A stretch of 63,643 bases of DNA, filler included, from Octopus bimaculoides (Eukaryota): the NCBI RefSeq assembly GCF_001194135.2. It is 4 parts of 4 records of this genome, joined end to end, with 100 filler letters (N's around TTAATTAATTAA, not from the genome) between each part and the next. Parts side by side here need not be neighbours in the genome. Positions count along the whole stretch, not along the records: positions 26,105 to 37,895 come from NC_068985.1; positions 37,996 to 54,820 come from NC_068991.1; 2 more parts are not named here. One strand, written 5' to 3'. The stretch's first letter is position 1. Each line of letters begins with the position of its first letter. The position numbers and the translations under genes are program-made. The notes below the pieces were generated by a model that did not search any database, was not told the DNA's origin, and was given only the letters and a program-made list of their open reading frames with translations. Shown here in pieces: positions 28,341 through 40,423 of this stretch.

Positions 28341-28941
28341 TTGTATCCTGGAGTTTGCTACGTAATTTCTGCATCCAGTTATAAAATGTTAATTTTCACC
28401 GGAATATGTACGAACGTTACAACTTTCCTCATAATGGATTACCATTCTATATAGCCAAAAGCAAAACTTATAGACTCAGAAAAAGCGGTAACTTGCTCTG
28501 ATTAGGTTGAAAACCATTTCAAGTCATTCGCTAATGTCCATAGAAAAGGCATGAATGTCACAATTTTGCATTACCTTTCCCCTAAAAATATATTGTACCA
28601 GTATTTATGTGTTCACTTATTTTGTCTGTACTTTTGCAATCAGAATATTGACTATTCCGCATGACATGAATTAATATTTTTAATAGAATTGCACGCCATA
28701 TTCTTGATGTTATAAATGGTCAATTATTGTGATGATAAATTCATAAGAAAACTAATTTTACTCATTTCATTATTGTAAATAAACTTAGATATCTTCTCCG
28801 CCACTTTCACACATACACAAATATGTGTCGGCAAAAATATGAGCCTAGGTATCTTAATTATAAGTGTCTGAAATATTTCACTTCCTATAATGACATACTT
28901 GTACAGTAGTATCATTGTCATTGCACTAAACCAATTTATAA

Positions 28942-29013
<72 letters not shown>

Positions 29014-30526
29014 GTGTGTGTGTGTGTGTGTGTGTGCGTGTGCGTGTGTGAGGTTTGGGAAGCCATGACTAATTTCAAATAAATTGTCAAATGGTCTTCG
29101 TATTAACGTTTATTCAGATACAGGTTATTAGTCTTGTTATTAGCGTCGTAAGCATGGTCACCAGCACCGCACATACAAACCTAAATTTCTAGTAAGCTAA
29201 ATGTGCTAAACAGTTTCACTTTATTTAAGCCCTATCACAAATACGACATCAACGTTCTTCAACTAAGTGAAATATAAAGATCACAATCTCAAAATGTTTC
29301 CTTCTCTTTTTTTTTTTAACTACTGTCAATATAAAGAATAATCTTTCTGTAAACATTAGTCTCTAAAATTGTAACAAGGGCGGCAACATTCTTTAAATTT
29401 GAATTGAGAATTTTGACATATAAATCGGAATTATTTAAAGGTTGGGTATTCAGTCGGTAGAATTATTCAGCACATTTGCACTCATACATGTATGCGTGCG
29501 TGTATGGGAATATATATATATATATNNNNNNNNNNNNNNNNNNNNNNNNNNNNNNNNNNNNNNNNNNNNNNNNNNNNNNNNNNNNNNNNNNNNNNNNNNN
29601 NNNNNNNNNNNNNNNNNNNNNNNNNNNNNNNNNNNNNNNNNNNNNNNNNNNNNNNNNNNNNNNNNNNNNNNNNNNNNNNNNNNNNNNNNNNNNNNNNNNN
29701 NNNNNNNNNNNNNNNNNNNNNNNNNNNNNNNNNNNNNNNNNNNNNNNNNNNNNNNNNNNNNNNNNNNNNNNNNNNNNNNNNNNNNNNNNNNNNNNNNNNN
29801 NNNNNNNNNNNNNNNNNNNNNNNNNNNNNNNNNNNNNNNNNNNNNNNNNNNNNNNNNNNNNNNNNNNNNNNNNNNNNNNNNNNNNNNNNNNNNNNNNNNN
29901 NNNNNNNNNNNNNNNNNNNNNNNNNNNNNNNNNNNNNNNNNNNNNNNNNNNGAGAGAGAGAGAGAGAGAGAGAGAGAGCATAGATACAAAAATATTTCGT
30001 CAATTGGTGTAATGTAATAGATATGTACTATGAGTGATAAATCTGGTCTACCACTAAAACTCTGGCTTGAATTGCAACTAAAGCATGCGGTGCTGAAATC
30101 GCCTATCAAAGGTGGCTAGCAGTATTTCATCATCGTGCAGGTAGATATGCATTAAAACAGCTAAGAAATAATCAAAACATCTGGCATCATTCTAGAACAT
30201 CTTGTGTATATATATATATTGTTTATTGACAACAATAAATAAACAGTGAATTGATCATTGCATACTTAAATATATTTTCTCATTATAATATACAGGTTTA
30301 TATATATAGTACAAAATGTAAATATTAAACGAATTATATAATAGTAATATGATTTGATAATTAAAATTTATAACGTGATGTACACCATATATTGAAGAAT
30401 TATGAAAATTTATGTTTTGATTTTATAACGACATTAAATTTTAATGGATATTTAGTATATAATGATAAAAAATTGATGTTCAGTTTAATGTATATTTTTT
30501 CTATTCAGTATATAATTTCACGGTCA

Positions 30527-30573
<47 letters not shown>

Positions 30574-31809
30574 TTGGTTGTCTTCAAATGTTTCACAAAA
30601 TTTCAAGCAGCCACAAAAAGAGTTTCTTCTATATCCTTGATTCACATATATATATGAATATATATGAATATATATATATATATATATATACGTGATTTTA
30701 ATATGTCAAAACAATTTCGCTTAGCATAAGAAAATGGGCGGTTAATCTTGCACAATCTACAACATAATTTGGGAAAAGCAAGTATTTTTAAAAGATTCAC
30801 AGCGTTTATGTCTTTAATTGATTCATTATCCTCTGTGACGTCGGAATTTGATGAATAGTTTCGATAAATTAAATAATTGAATGAAAACATGAGTCGTGGT
30901 GTGTGCCAAGACGTCAAGTAGTCCATTGAAGGAATCCTGTAAAAGGAATAAAGTTCGTCGTTCAGTTCCTCAGTGTGACACTTTGTGAAAGTGTCTTTTA
31001 CTGTAACCCTCGGGCTGAACAATACCTTGTGAGTGAAGTTGGTAGTGGGAAACTGTATTGAAGCCTGTCGCGCGCGCGCGTGTGTGTAGTCTCTACTCAC
31101 CTACAGCTAGACAATTGGTGTTGATTTGTTAACGGCCCTTTGCTGTTCGGCGAAAAAGAATTAGGGTATATGTATCTGACTTAAAAACCAATACTAATGT
31201 CGATTCGATTGATTAAACCCTTCAAGGTGGTACCCTAGGATGGTTGCAGCCTAATGTCTGAAGCAAATAAATTAGACAGACAGACAGACAGATAGATAGA
31301 TACGTTCGTTTTTATATAATTTCAAAATGAGATGGGCAATGTTTAATCAGATATGTAGGAAAATCATAGCAATTAACAAGTAACATTTATGTATAGTGTG
31401 ACCTAGTGCCGGGAACTCTTTATTTAAACTCTTGCTGAATTAAATTCACGGATTAATTTTGATTTCCATTTGAACGGCTAAATCACTTGAAATTTAATGT
31501 CATTATATATTGAAGTCTTTATGCATATGTTGAAAACCAATACTGTTACATATTCTTTTTATTATAACTAATATGTGACATGTTCAACGTTATGTTTCTT
31601 CGCTGTCTAGTAGACGACACAAACCCTTATGCCACCATTAATCAACTAAGCATCACTATCAACCCATCAAAACCAGGGCTTCATGCGAACTCTCAGTCTT
31701 CCGATGAGGATACAGTGGGTTTAGAAAAGGCTGCTGCTCAAAGACAGGTTAGTTATCTTTCATTATTTCAAAATTATTTATTTATTTATTCATTTAACTG
31801 TTGTTGAAA

Positions 31810-32141
31810 TTAGCGAAGGTGGAGGTATTGTTTTCAGTTGTGTTTGTCTGTGGACAAGATATCTCAAGAACCGCTGGATGGATTCGGATGAAACTTTCAT
31901 GGATGTTTGGCCTTGTGACTGGCACGAACTGATTAGATTTTAGGATCAATCTGGTACCAGACAAGGAATCTGGGGTATTTTCCCTGTTCTTTTGTACTTA
32001 ATTTTTGGGAGCGGTCAGATTCATTTTTGGTATTCTCGTTTGTGAGAGCAGTCGAGCTTATTTCAGATATTCTCATTTTAAAAATCATCTCTGGTTACTC
32101 GTTGAGAGGACGTTAGTATGCGCTCTCTAAGTGCTCTTGTT
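31810..32141 (+). mobile_element. Uninterrupted copy of the HINE/DINE-like element
   Basis: Colinear with 9092-9272 joined to 9957-10108. Confidence 0.65.
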
Positions 32142-32199
32142 ATTCATATTTTCAGTTATAAGTATTTATTTTAAATGTAAAATACTTTTATTTTGATAT

Positions 32200-34150
32200 A
32201 GTCTGTGGCATATATTTTTCATACTTTCGTTGTACAACCGGATGTAGCTTTGGGTACGTGAAGTATTTTGTATCGTGTAGAGTAACACGGGATATGAGGA
32301 ACGTGCGGAACGCACAGGGTATACACTATATAAACCTCTGTTCACTGTAGTCGAATATACGTTACATATAAAGAAAAGGTTGACTAATGTAACTGCCACT
32401 CAGGACCGTCAAATCTAATGCTATGCCCCTGCTGGTAGTATATTTTCCCTAGTAATGAGATTACTCTAAACTTGTGGTATATAGTACTGCTATTTTCCTA
32501 TTATCTCAGTGTTGTATATGTTTCTAATTCCTGAATTTTTCTTATGCGTCTTTCTTTAATCATTAACAAGGCACCTGTTAGTTTCTGTTCTACGTTTAGT
32601 CCCTACATTCTGCTACATTTAATTCCAGAATTATCTCTCTTTTTCTTTTAGTGATACTTTTTGAGGTCCGACACTTTAATCAAGAGAATTGCTTTTCCAT
32701 GGTGGTCGTCATTGACAAAAATATCAAGCACATTAGCTTTGATCTCCTTGTCTCTACCTAGTAAAACATCAAAAGATTTACTGACATTTTCTATGTTTAC
32801 GCGTACGGCCTTCTTGCAGTCGGTTTTTCTTAACTAAGACTAACATAGTTGTAATTGAGGTTGACAGTTGTTTCTTTCCATCTCCATATATCCTGATTTG
32901 ATTTTATCTATTCTACTTTACATTATTTTAATTGTTTCTGTTGGAAAAACTTTGATACTCTGCCCTAACTGAGATTCCATTAGTTTCATCTTTAAACCCA
33001 GCGCTTCTTAGCTCGAGCTGCCATTATTTTTTTGAAAAATTTCCTCTCTGCTCAGCTTTTCTTCCAATTTCAAATGTTGTTTCTCATTTCTCCGTATTCC
33101 TTCTAACTGTCTGCTGCTTCTGTTTTCTATTTATTGTCATCCCTGAAGGAAGAAAATTGATATTTTTCTTGTTTTGTTTGCTTGTTTTCTATTGTCGTCT
33201 GTTTTGCAACGTTTTGTATTACTTTTCAGTTGTCCTTTCTTATATTAATGTAGTCGTATACTCGATATTTTATAACAGATTTCGATTTACATTAGCATCC
33301 ATTTTTTGTGTATTATTGAAAAACATATTCTAGGCTTTTGCTGGAGTATTCTCATAAATTTGTATATAACATTATTTTTATATACTACATCAGTTTTGTT
33401 TTGCTGCGACGTTTGATTTGTTGCTTGTGACTGTATTTCAATATTTCTTTTCTTGCATACAGTATGTGCAGGTGAAGCTTTGTTACTTTTTTGGATGAAA
33501 TTTCTGCTGTTATTGGTGTCATTAGTTTTAGTTTTGTTTCATGAATGTGTAGTGTTTGAGCTAGGTAGATTCAGCCATGTTAATCTGTAGGCTATATCAA
33601 TTTGTAGCCTGTTGAGTTTTACATATTACAGTGGCGATTATGTATTATGTCATTGCACTGAGCAGCGATTGTGTAGGAAATGTTTTGTGCTGTAATGTCC
33701 AGTACTCCAGTTACTAGTCTTCGCTTTCATGTTCCACATCCGGATTTTTTTCAATTTCAAGATCCTTCTATTTTCACAATTTCAACCACACTCGATCTTG
33801 CAGTGTTTTCTTAGAAGGGCATATATTAACTACCAGAGTAGAGACAGTTCCCTTATAACACACAACGGTTTTCTTTTCTGGACAGTCTGGATCTGACTGT
33901 GGCTAAGTGTTTGTCATGTACAATATTTGATGCGTGTTTATACCACTTAGCCATTTTCATGTGGAAGTGCAAAAATACTGCTTAGTAGACATTGCTCTTT
34001 TCTATAGCATACTTGGTGTGTTATGTTAATATTGGAGCTTCTCAGAATATAAAGAGCTGGAATAAATTCTTCAAGGCATTCTTCCCGAGCCTCAGACAAT
34101 TTTGTCAATTCAGTCAGTCGTAATAACAACAGAAAATACAAAGCGAAGAT
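32200..34150 (-). mobile_element. Heavily decayed retroelement gag/ORF1-like sequence
   Basis: Strand-biased A-rich coding-like sequence with knuckle-like remnants (DCPEKKTVVCYK). Many stops. Confidence 0.25.
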
Positions 34151-34854
34151 AAGACATTGTATATATTTGCATCTCCTTCGAATACTTTTACTCTTCTTTC
34201 TCTTTTAAAACTGTAAATGCTTTCGAAATCGACTGAATAAACTTTATAACGTTTTTTTTTTCTTCCATAGACACGNNNNNNNNNNNNNNNNNNNNNNNNN
34301 NNNNNNNNNNNNNNNNNNNNNNNNNNNNNNNNNNNNNNNNNNNNNNNNNNNNNNNNNNNNNNNNNNNNNNNNNNNNNNNNNNNNNNNNNNNNNNNNNNNN
34401 NNNNNNNNNNNNNNNNNNNNNNNNNNNNNNNNNNNNNNNNNNNNNNNNNNNNNNNNNNNNNNNNNNNNNNNNNNNNNNNNNNNNNNNNNNNNNNNNNNNN
34501 NNNNNNNNNNNNNNNNNNNNNNNNNNNNNNNNNNNNNNNNNNNNNNNNNNNNNNNNNNNNNNNNNNNNNNNNNNNNNNNNNNNNNNNNNNNNNNNNNNNN
34601 NNNNNNNNNNNNNNNNNNNNNNNNNNNNNNNNNNNNNNNNNNNNNNNNNNNNNNNNNNNNNNNNNNNNNNNNNNNNNNNNNNNNNNNNNNNNNNNNNNNN
34701 NNNNNNNNNNNNNNNNNNNNNNNNNNNNNNNNNNNNNNNNNNNNNNNNNNNNNNNNNNNNNNNNNNNNNNNNNNNNNNNNNNNNNNNNNNNNNNNNNNNN
34801 NNNNNNNNNNNNNNNNNNNNNNNNNNNNNNNNNNNNNNNNNNNNNNNNNNNNNC

Positions 34855-35546
34855 CCACACAAACAAATAACAAAATCTTGCGTGGGTGAAGACCTTCTTT
34901 AGCCTGGGGTGCTGGTGTTTCTCATTTTCCTACCCACTGTCTTCAACACTTGAAATTTTTATGGAGGACCCATTTCTCTTCAGTAGTCACTTTTGGTCCA
35001 AAAAAAGGTTCATTCGTAAGACATGGCAGCAAAGAAGAACACAAGATTACTCTCTGTGCGCAATTAGACTAGGAAAGTTTGTGAGGAACCCATTGACTCA
35101 ATTTGCTGACTTTTCCGATGGCACGCTTCTCTGCTAGTCCCTCAACAGTTACGATGAGATTTTGTTCCACCATGGTTAGGAGAACGTTCTCGTCCAGCTT
35201 TACAGATCTTCTACGACGAGGTTCACCTTCTAGGCTGTAGTTTCCGGCACGGAATTTCTGGAACCACCATTGACAGTGGCTAACGCTTATTGTTCGATCC
35301 CCATATATTGCATTAATATTCCTTGCGTTGCTGCCTGTACTGAACTCATAAAGCAAAATATGCCGAATATTCTCCTTCGTCACTTCCATTACAGCTTTAA
35401 AAAGTAGCTATTAAAATCGAATTGTACTCTTTAAAACTTGCATTAAGTATAAGGATAAGGTAAAATTACTACATGCTTTTATAGCTACATGCTTTTAGTT
35501 CGTGCAATTGAAAAAAAAACCCCATTATTTATGGGATAACCCAATA
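34855..35546 (-). mobile_element. Mariner DNA transposon, 5' half, same family as 7963-8659
   Basis: TIR TATTGGGTTATCCCATAAATAATG followed by TA. ENIRHILLYEF..WFQKFRAGNYSLEGEPR..WVPHKL, VTTEEKWVL, GLHPRK. Confidence 0.92.
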
Positions 35547-35752
35547 TATATGTAAATACATATATGTGTGTGTGCATGTATTTGCATGAATATTATGTGC
35601 ATGTGTCTATATCTATATATATATGTGTGTGTGGGTGTGGGGGTGTATGTGTGTGTGTATATGTCTATGTACATATATGCATACATTTGTAAATATATAT
35701 ATATATTTATTATATGTTTATATGTGTGTATGTATATATATATATATATATA

Positions 35753-35793
<41 letters not shown>

Positions 35794-35985
35794 GGCATGT
35801 ATATATGGGTATATGCATATATGAGTATATGCATATGCGTATATATGTATATACGAATATATATATATATATATTTAGATAGATATATAGATATATAGAT
35901 ATATATATATGAATGTATGTATATGTATGCATGTATTTCTTATATATTATTTAACTCTGTCAATACTATAACCATTTCTGTTATA

Positions 35986-36369
35986 ATGTACACAAAACGT
36001 CAAGAATGTCTAGTTGTATTAATATTATTAACTATTTTCTTTCTTCATGAAACAGCAGGGAGCCAACGTCATAGTGTTATATCTAGTGTAACAACAGTTT
36101 CGTCCAGCAGAGACGAACTTCTTGAAGCCTACGAGAACGCTAAGAGGGTTCAAAGAGCGCAACCGATTGTGTACGAGACTCATCCGGATTTTAGTTCTCA
36201 GCCAACAGATAGCTCCAGTGCTACAGAACCAGGAATCCGAGAATTCACACAATCACCACCAAAACCAGATGAACGTCGTGAGGCTTCGTGTGAAGTACCG
36301 CCATATGAACGTAAATATTCAAATTTTATTCAATATCTATCTTATATAAAGGATAAGAATAAGATGTGA
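35986..36369 (+). CDS. Putative secreted protein of 127 aa, or an internal phase 1-1 exon (36056/36059-36310) of an extracellular protein
   Basis: ATAATG start. MYTKRQECLVVLILLTIFFLHETAG looks like a signal peptide. Non-repetitive hydrophilic body with KR/RR sites. Alternative acceptor CAGCAG at 36053-36058 and donor GTAAAT at 36311. Confidence 0.55.
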   Translation: MYTKRQECLVVLILLTIFFLHETAGSQRHSVISSVTTVSSSRDELLEAYENAKRVQRAQPIVYETHPDFSSQPTDSSSATEPGIREFTQSPPKPDERREASCEVPPYERKYSNFIQYLSYIKDKNKM

Positions 36370-37562
36370 AACTTTGGAGATGTGACAGTGCAATCAGATT
36401 TTTGTTTATTTTCTGTGAGATTCTTGTTAAGTATCTTAATGTAAAATATAAAGGAATCCCATTCGTGTTTTTCTTCGGTGAAGATATTTGCCTTCGAAAT
36501 AATCAACTGAAAAATAGTGATATTGATGAAAGTAAGATAGTCAAAAGTAACTGGTCTCTTGATACAGAAATGCATAATGAATTGAACATACAATCACACA
36601 CTTGTGTCACTTTCCTTGTGTCTCTTGCACGGAATATACGCTTTATAATCGCTAATCAACAGCTTTTTGCACCCTTTCTTCTCCTATTCGAGGATTTTTA
36701 CACTTTCATGCTGCTACCTATTTCTGTGGTTTCTATCCATACTTTTCTACTGCTATTGCTTTACTGCTGCTGCTGCTGCTGCTGTTTCAATTGTTTCTGC
36801 TAATGATGATGTTCTTTTTGATCTTACAACATTCAGGAAAACCATAACGAGAGTTGTCACATGTCTTTCTATCTTTGTGGCTGATAAACATATATATTTT
36901 AATATAGCTACTATCTAAATTAGCCCTACTGCATTTAAAACTGTACCTACTACAATCCCTATGACAGAACTTATTTCAAATCCCACAGAGATCAACTTTG
37001 CTTTTCATTCTTTGCCAGATTGGGGCGATGAACTAATAGAATCGACAGTTTGGGGTTGGATACCTGGCAGTGTTTGATTTTTCTCCATGGATGTGGAGTT
37101 CAATCTATCAATGGCCTATTTATGTAATAGACTTAATCTGTCGCTGGGTTTAACACCTCAGCTTTAATCTTGTGTAAGTTCAAAAGACTTTTCTCACACG
37201 TTCTCATCCTTGAGGACATCTTCAGGCCTATCAACCTTACCTAAGCAATTAAATAAGGTGTTAATGGGGATATTATCTGCACTTTTGTTTTGTTAGTATC
37301 TTTAACAGTGTGTCGTTGTCTTTGAAATCAAAGTTGACCTACAGCAAACTGGAATGTTTTATTAATGTTCCTTGAACATGTTCTTTGAACAATTAATCAC
37401 TAATTAATGTTCTTTGAGCAATTAATCGCTAACCGAAGTAAATGTGAAATTATTTCAACTCATTTTCTGTGCTTTATCTTAAATGGTTTATTTTCAAAAT
37501 TAAGCAGACATACTCTAGAAAGTAGAACATGGAGCACTTTAAAAACCACGTTCACTTCGTCA

Positions 37563-37621
<59 letters not shown>

Positions 37622-37624
<3 letters not shown>

Positions 37625-37895
37625 CAAAGAGCTAGAAACACTACTACAGACAGTACACGGCTTTACCAAGGAAATAGATATGAAATTCGGATTAGAAAAA
37701 TATGCCAAAGCAACCCTGAAAAGAGGAAAATTAGTTAAAAGTAGCAATATAACACTAGATAAAGCCAATGAAATAAGAGAACTAGACGAAAGCCAACCAT
37801 ATAAATATTTAGGAGTCAATGAACTAGATAGGATACAACATACACAAATGAAAGAAAAAATAAAGAAAGAGTACTATAGACGAGTTAGATAAATA
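37622..37895 (+). mobile_element. 5'-truncated R4/Dong RT fragment joined directly to (TAA)n (37563-37621)
   Basis: DKELETLLQTVHGFTKEIDMKFGLEKYAKATLKRGK..YKYLGVNE..MKEKIKKEYYRRVR, ending at a gap. Confidence 0.88.
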
Positions 37896-38148
37896 NNNNN
37901 NNNNNNNNNNNNNNNNNNNNNNNNNNNNNNNNNNNNNNNTTAATTAATTAANNNNNNNNNNNNNNNNNNNNNNNNNNNNNNNNNNNNNNNNNNNNGTCAT
38001 CACCAATATCATCTTCCATTTTTAAGCCTGGTGCTTATTCCATTGGTCATGTTTGCCGAACCGCTAATTTACGGGGACGTAAAAACACCAACACCGGTTG
38101 TCAAGCGGTGATGGGGCGGGGACAAGCGCAGACACAAAGACACACACG

Positions 38149-38196
<48 letters not shown>

Positions 38197-38233
38197 ACTG
38201 GTCTATATATATATATATTTGTATGTACGTATG

Positions 38234-38268
<35 letters not shown>

Positions 38269-38563
38269 TCAGAAAGAGAGAGAGAGAGAAACAGAGGGAG
38301 ACATGTAACGTGTGTGTAAGTACATGTGTGTACGCTCATGCGTTTGCTCATGTAGTCTTTATTAGGTGAACATGCTAGATTTTCTGAAGCAATGAGAAAT
38401 TTTGTAGATTATGTGTGTGCCTACGTATTACTTATATATGTATGGATATATATATATATATATATATATGATGTATTTGTGTGTATGGATGCAAATGTCA
38501 TGTACGGGTATGTTTGCANNNNNNNNNNGAAACATTCCTTGTTCCAGTCGACCAAAACCAAAT

Positions 38564-38623
<60 letters not shown>

Positions 38624-39216
38624 GTTTTCCTGGTGGTTAGCCTCTGCTATATTTTGCGTGGATGTTGTCCCTCTTATGTTACCCCTGACGACTTAACAAC
38701 ATCACCACCACCACCACCGCCACCACCCAGCACGTTTACTACTACTACTACTACTACTACCATTACTACCACTGCTGCTGCTGCTGCTGCAGCCAACGCA
38801 GCCGTATCAGTCACCAACTCTATTTCCATCACCAGCACGACTACGCCCAACAAACCAGGACGTCTCTATGTGGTCACCCGACTTGCCAGAAAGTGCAGCC
38901 AGATAACCTTCCGATCATACTGTAACAAGACAGTGGTAGTTGTATCGGTGGTATTATGTTGTTGATGTTGTTGTTGTTGTTTTTGTCGTTATATTGTTAT
39001 TGTAGTTAGTTAACACCCGACTGCCTTGACATACGATTAAATGAATTCCACAAGTGACCATTTCACCTTTATTTTTGACCAATGCATCTACGACTGCCAT
39101 TGAACGTATCATTTCTTTAATACATTGTGATTGCGTCATGGAGGTTTAGCTGCTACTTCTAGGTGGTCAATCCTAGAATAGATTAGAGGGCATTTTGAGT
39201 AAGAAGTTGAGGACTC

Positions 39217-39652
39217 TAGATTATTCTTTTCCACTCTAGGCACAAGCCTCGAAATTATGGGGGAGGGAGCCAGTCGAATAGATCGACCACAGTACACAAC
39301 TGGTACTAAATTTATCGACCCCGAAAGGATAAAAGGCAAAGTCGACCTCGACGGAATTTGAACTCAGAACATAAAGACAAGAAATACCGCTTAGCATTTC
39401 GCCCGGCGTGCTAACGTTTCTTATTTCTTTATTGCCCACAAGGGGCTAAACATAGAGGGAACAAGCAAGGACAGACAAAGGGATTAATTCGATTAAATCT
39501 ACCCCTGTTTGTAACTGGTACTTAATTTATCGATTCCGAAAGGATGAAAGGAAAAGTCGACCTCGGCGGAATTTGAACTGAGAACGTAACGGCAGACGAA
39601 ATACCGCTACACATTTCGCCCGGCATGCTAACGTTTCTGCCAGCTCGCCGCC
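39217..39652 (-). mobile_element. Dimeric family-1 SINE with a LINE-like tail as linker
   Basis: Head and core, then ..CCCCTTGTGGGCAATAAAGAAATAAG, then a second monomer lacking the A-box head. Confidence 0.8.
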
Positions 39653-39746
39653 TAATAACTAGATTATTGATTTAGTTATAACAACATCTCAAGATGTTTT
39701 AGGTGATTAATTAATTAATTAATTAATTAAATTTGTCTTGGTAAGA

Positions 39747-39975
39747 AGGCGCATGACATAGTGGTTAGAGAGTTGTTCGCAAGGTCGTGGTTTCGATCCC
39801 TCGACCGGACAATGCGTTGTGTTCTTGAGCCAAAACACTTCATTTCACATTATTCCGGTCCACTCAGCCAGCAAAAAGGAGCAACCCTGCAACAAACCGG
39901 TACCTCATTGAATGGGGCACCGGCCACTTATACGCAACGGAAATCGGGTCACTGGCCCCATGAGTCCTAGGGCTC
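39747..39975 (+). mobile_element. tRNA-headed CORE-like SINE (relatives at about 42091-42270, 51405-51600, 58733-58870)
   Basis: TAGTGGTTAG A-box-like, GGTTTCGATCCC B-box-like, TTGAGC-AAAACACTTCATTTCAC core-like. Confidence 0.65.
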
Positions 39976-40165
39976 GAGACTATAATTACTTACAGACAAT
40001 GACAGAACCTTAAAAATGTGACATAAATAATTATTCGTGAATTAGCCCTTATGAATGAGGCCCTTATCATGTTTAGATAATTGATAGTAGTCTTAATCCC
40101 TACAGTGTATTATCACCTGGTCTGACAAGAACCTCGAGCTCACCTAGTTTCAGTCGACTGTATCG

Positions 40166-40423
40166 CAGTCGTTTCCAAAGTGGATGGTATCCCCTGGGAG
40201 GGGGGAAGTTCCAAGGGGGAATTGAAGAAAAGTGGGGCAATAAATAGGGGAGCGATTCATGTAAAGACAACAAAATAATGGGTTCATTTGGTTAAGTTTT
40301 ATTTCTGAAATACAGTTGCTTTGAATTTGCTTCAGAAAGTGGTCTACGCTTGTGATGGCTAGCTGGGGTGGGCCGCTAGGAATGTGTCCTGAATGTCAGC
40401 CCGAAAATATTTGGGAACCACTG
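40166..40423. mobile_element. hAT-type MITE
   Basis: Termini CAGTCGTTTCCAAA and TTTGGGAACCACTG match CAGTGGTTCCCAAA TIRs. An 8-bp TSD is not preserved. Confidence 0.6.

Noticed and set aside
31690-31745. CCGATGA..GAAA hammerhead-like string
   Set aside because: The core is mutated and stem II does not pair.
38590-38965. Pro/Thr/Ala-rich ORF, with a His/Leu-rich alternative frame
   Set aside because: A mosaic of CCA/ACT/GCT triplet runs, open in several frames, with no start or splice support.
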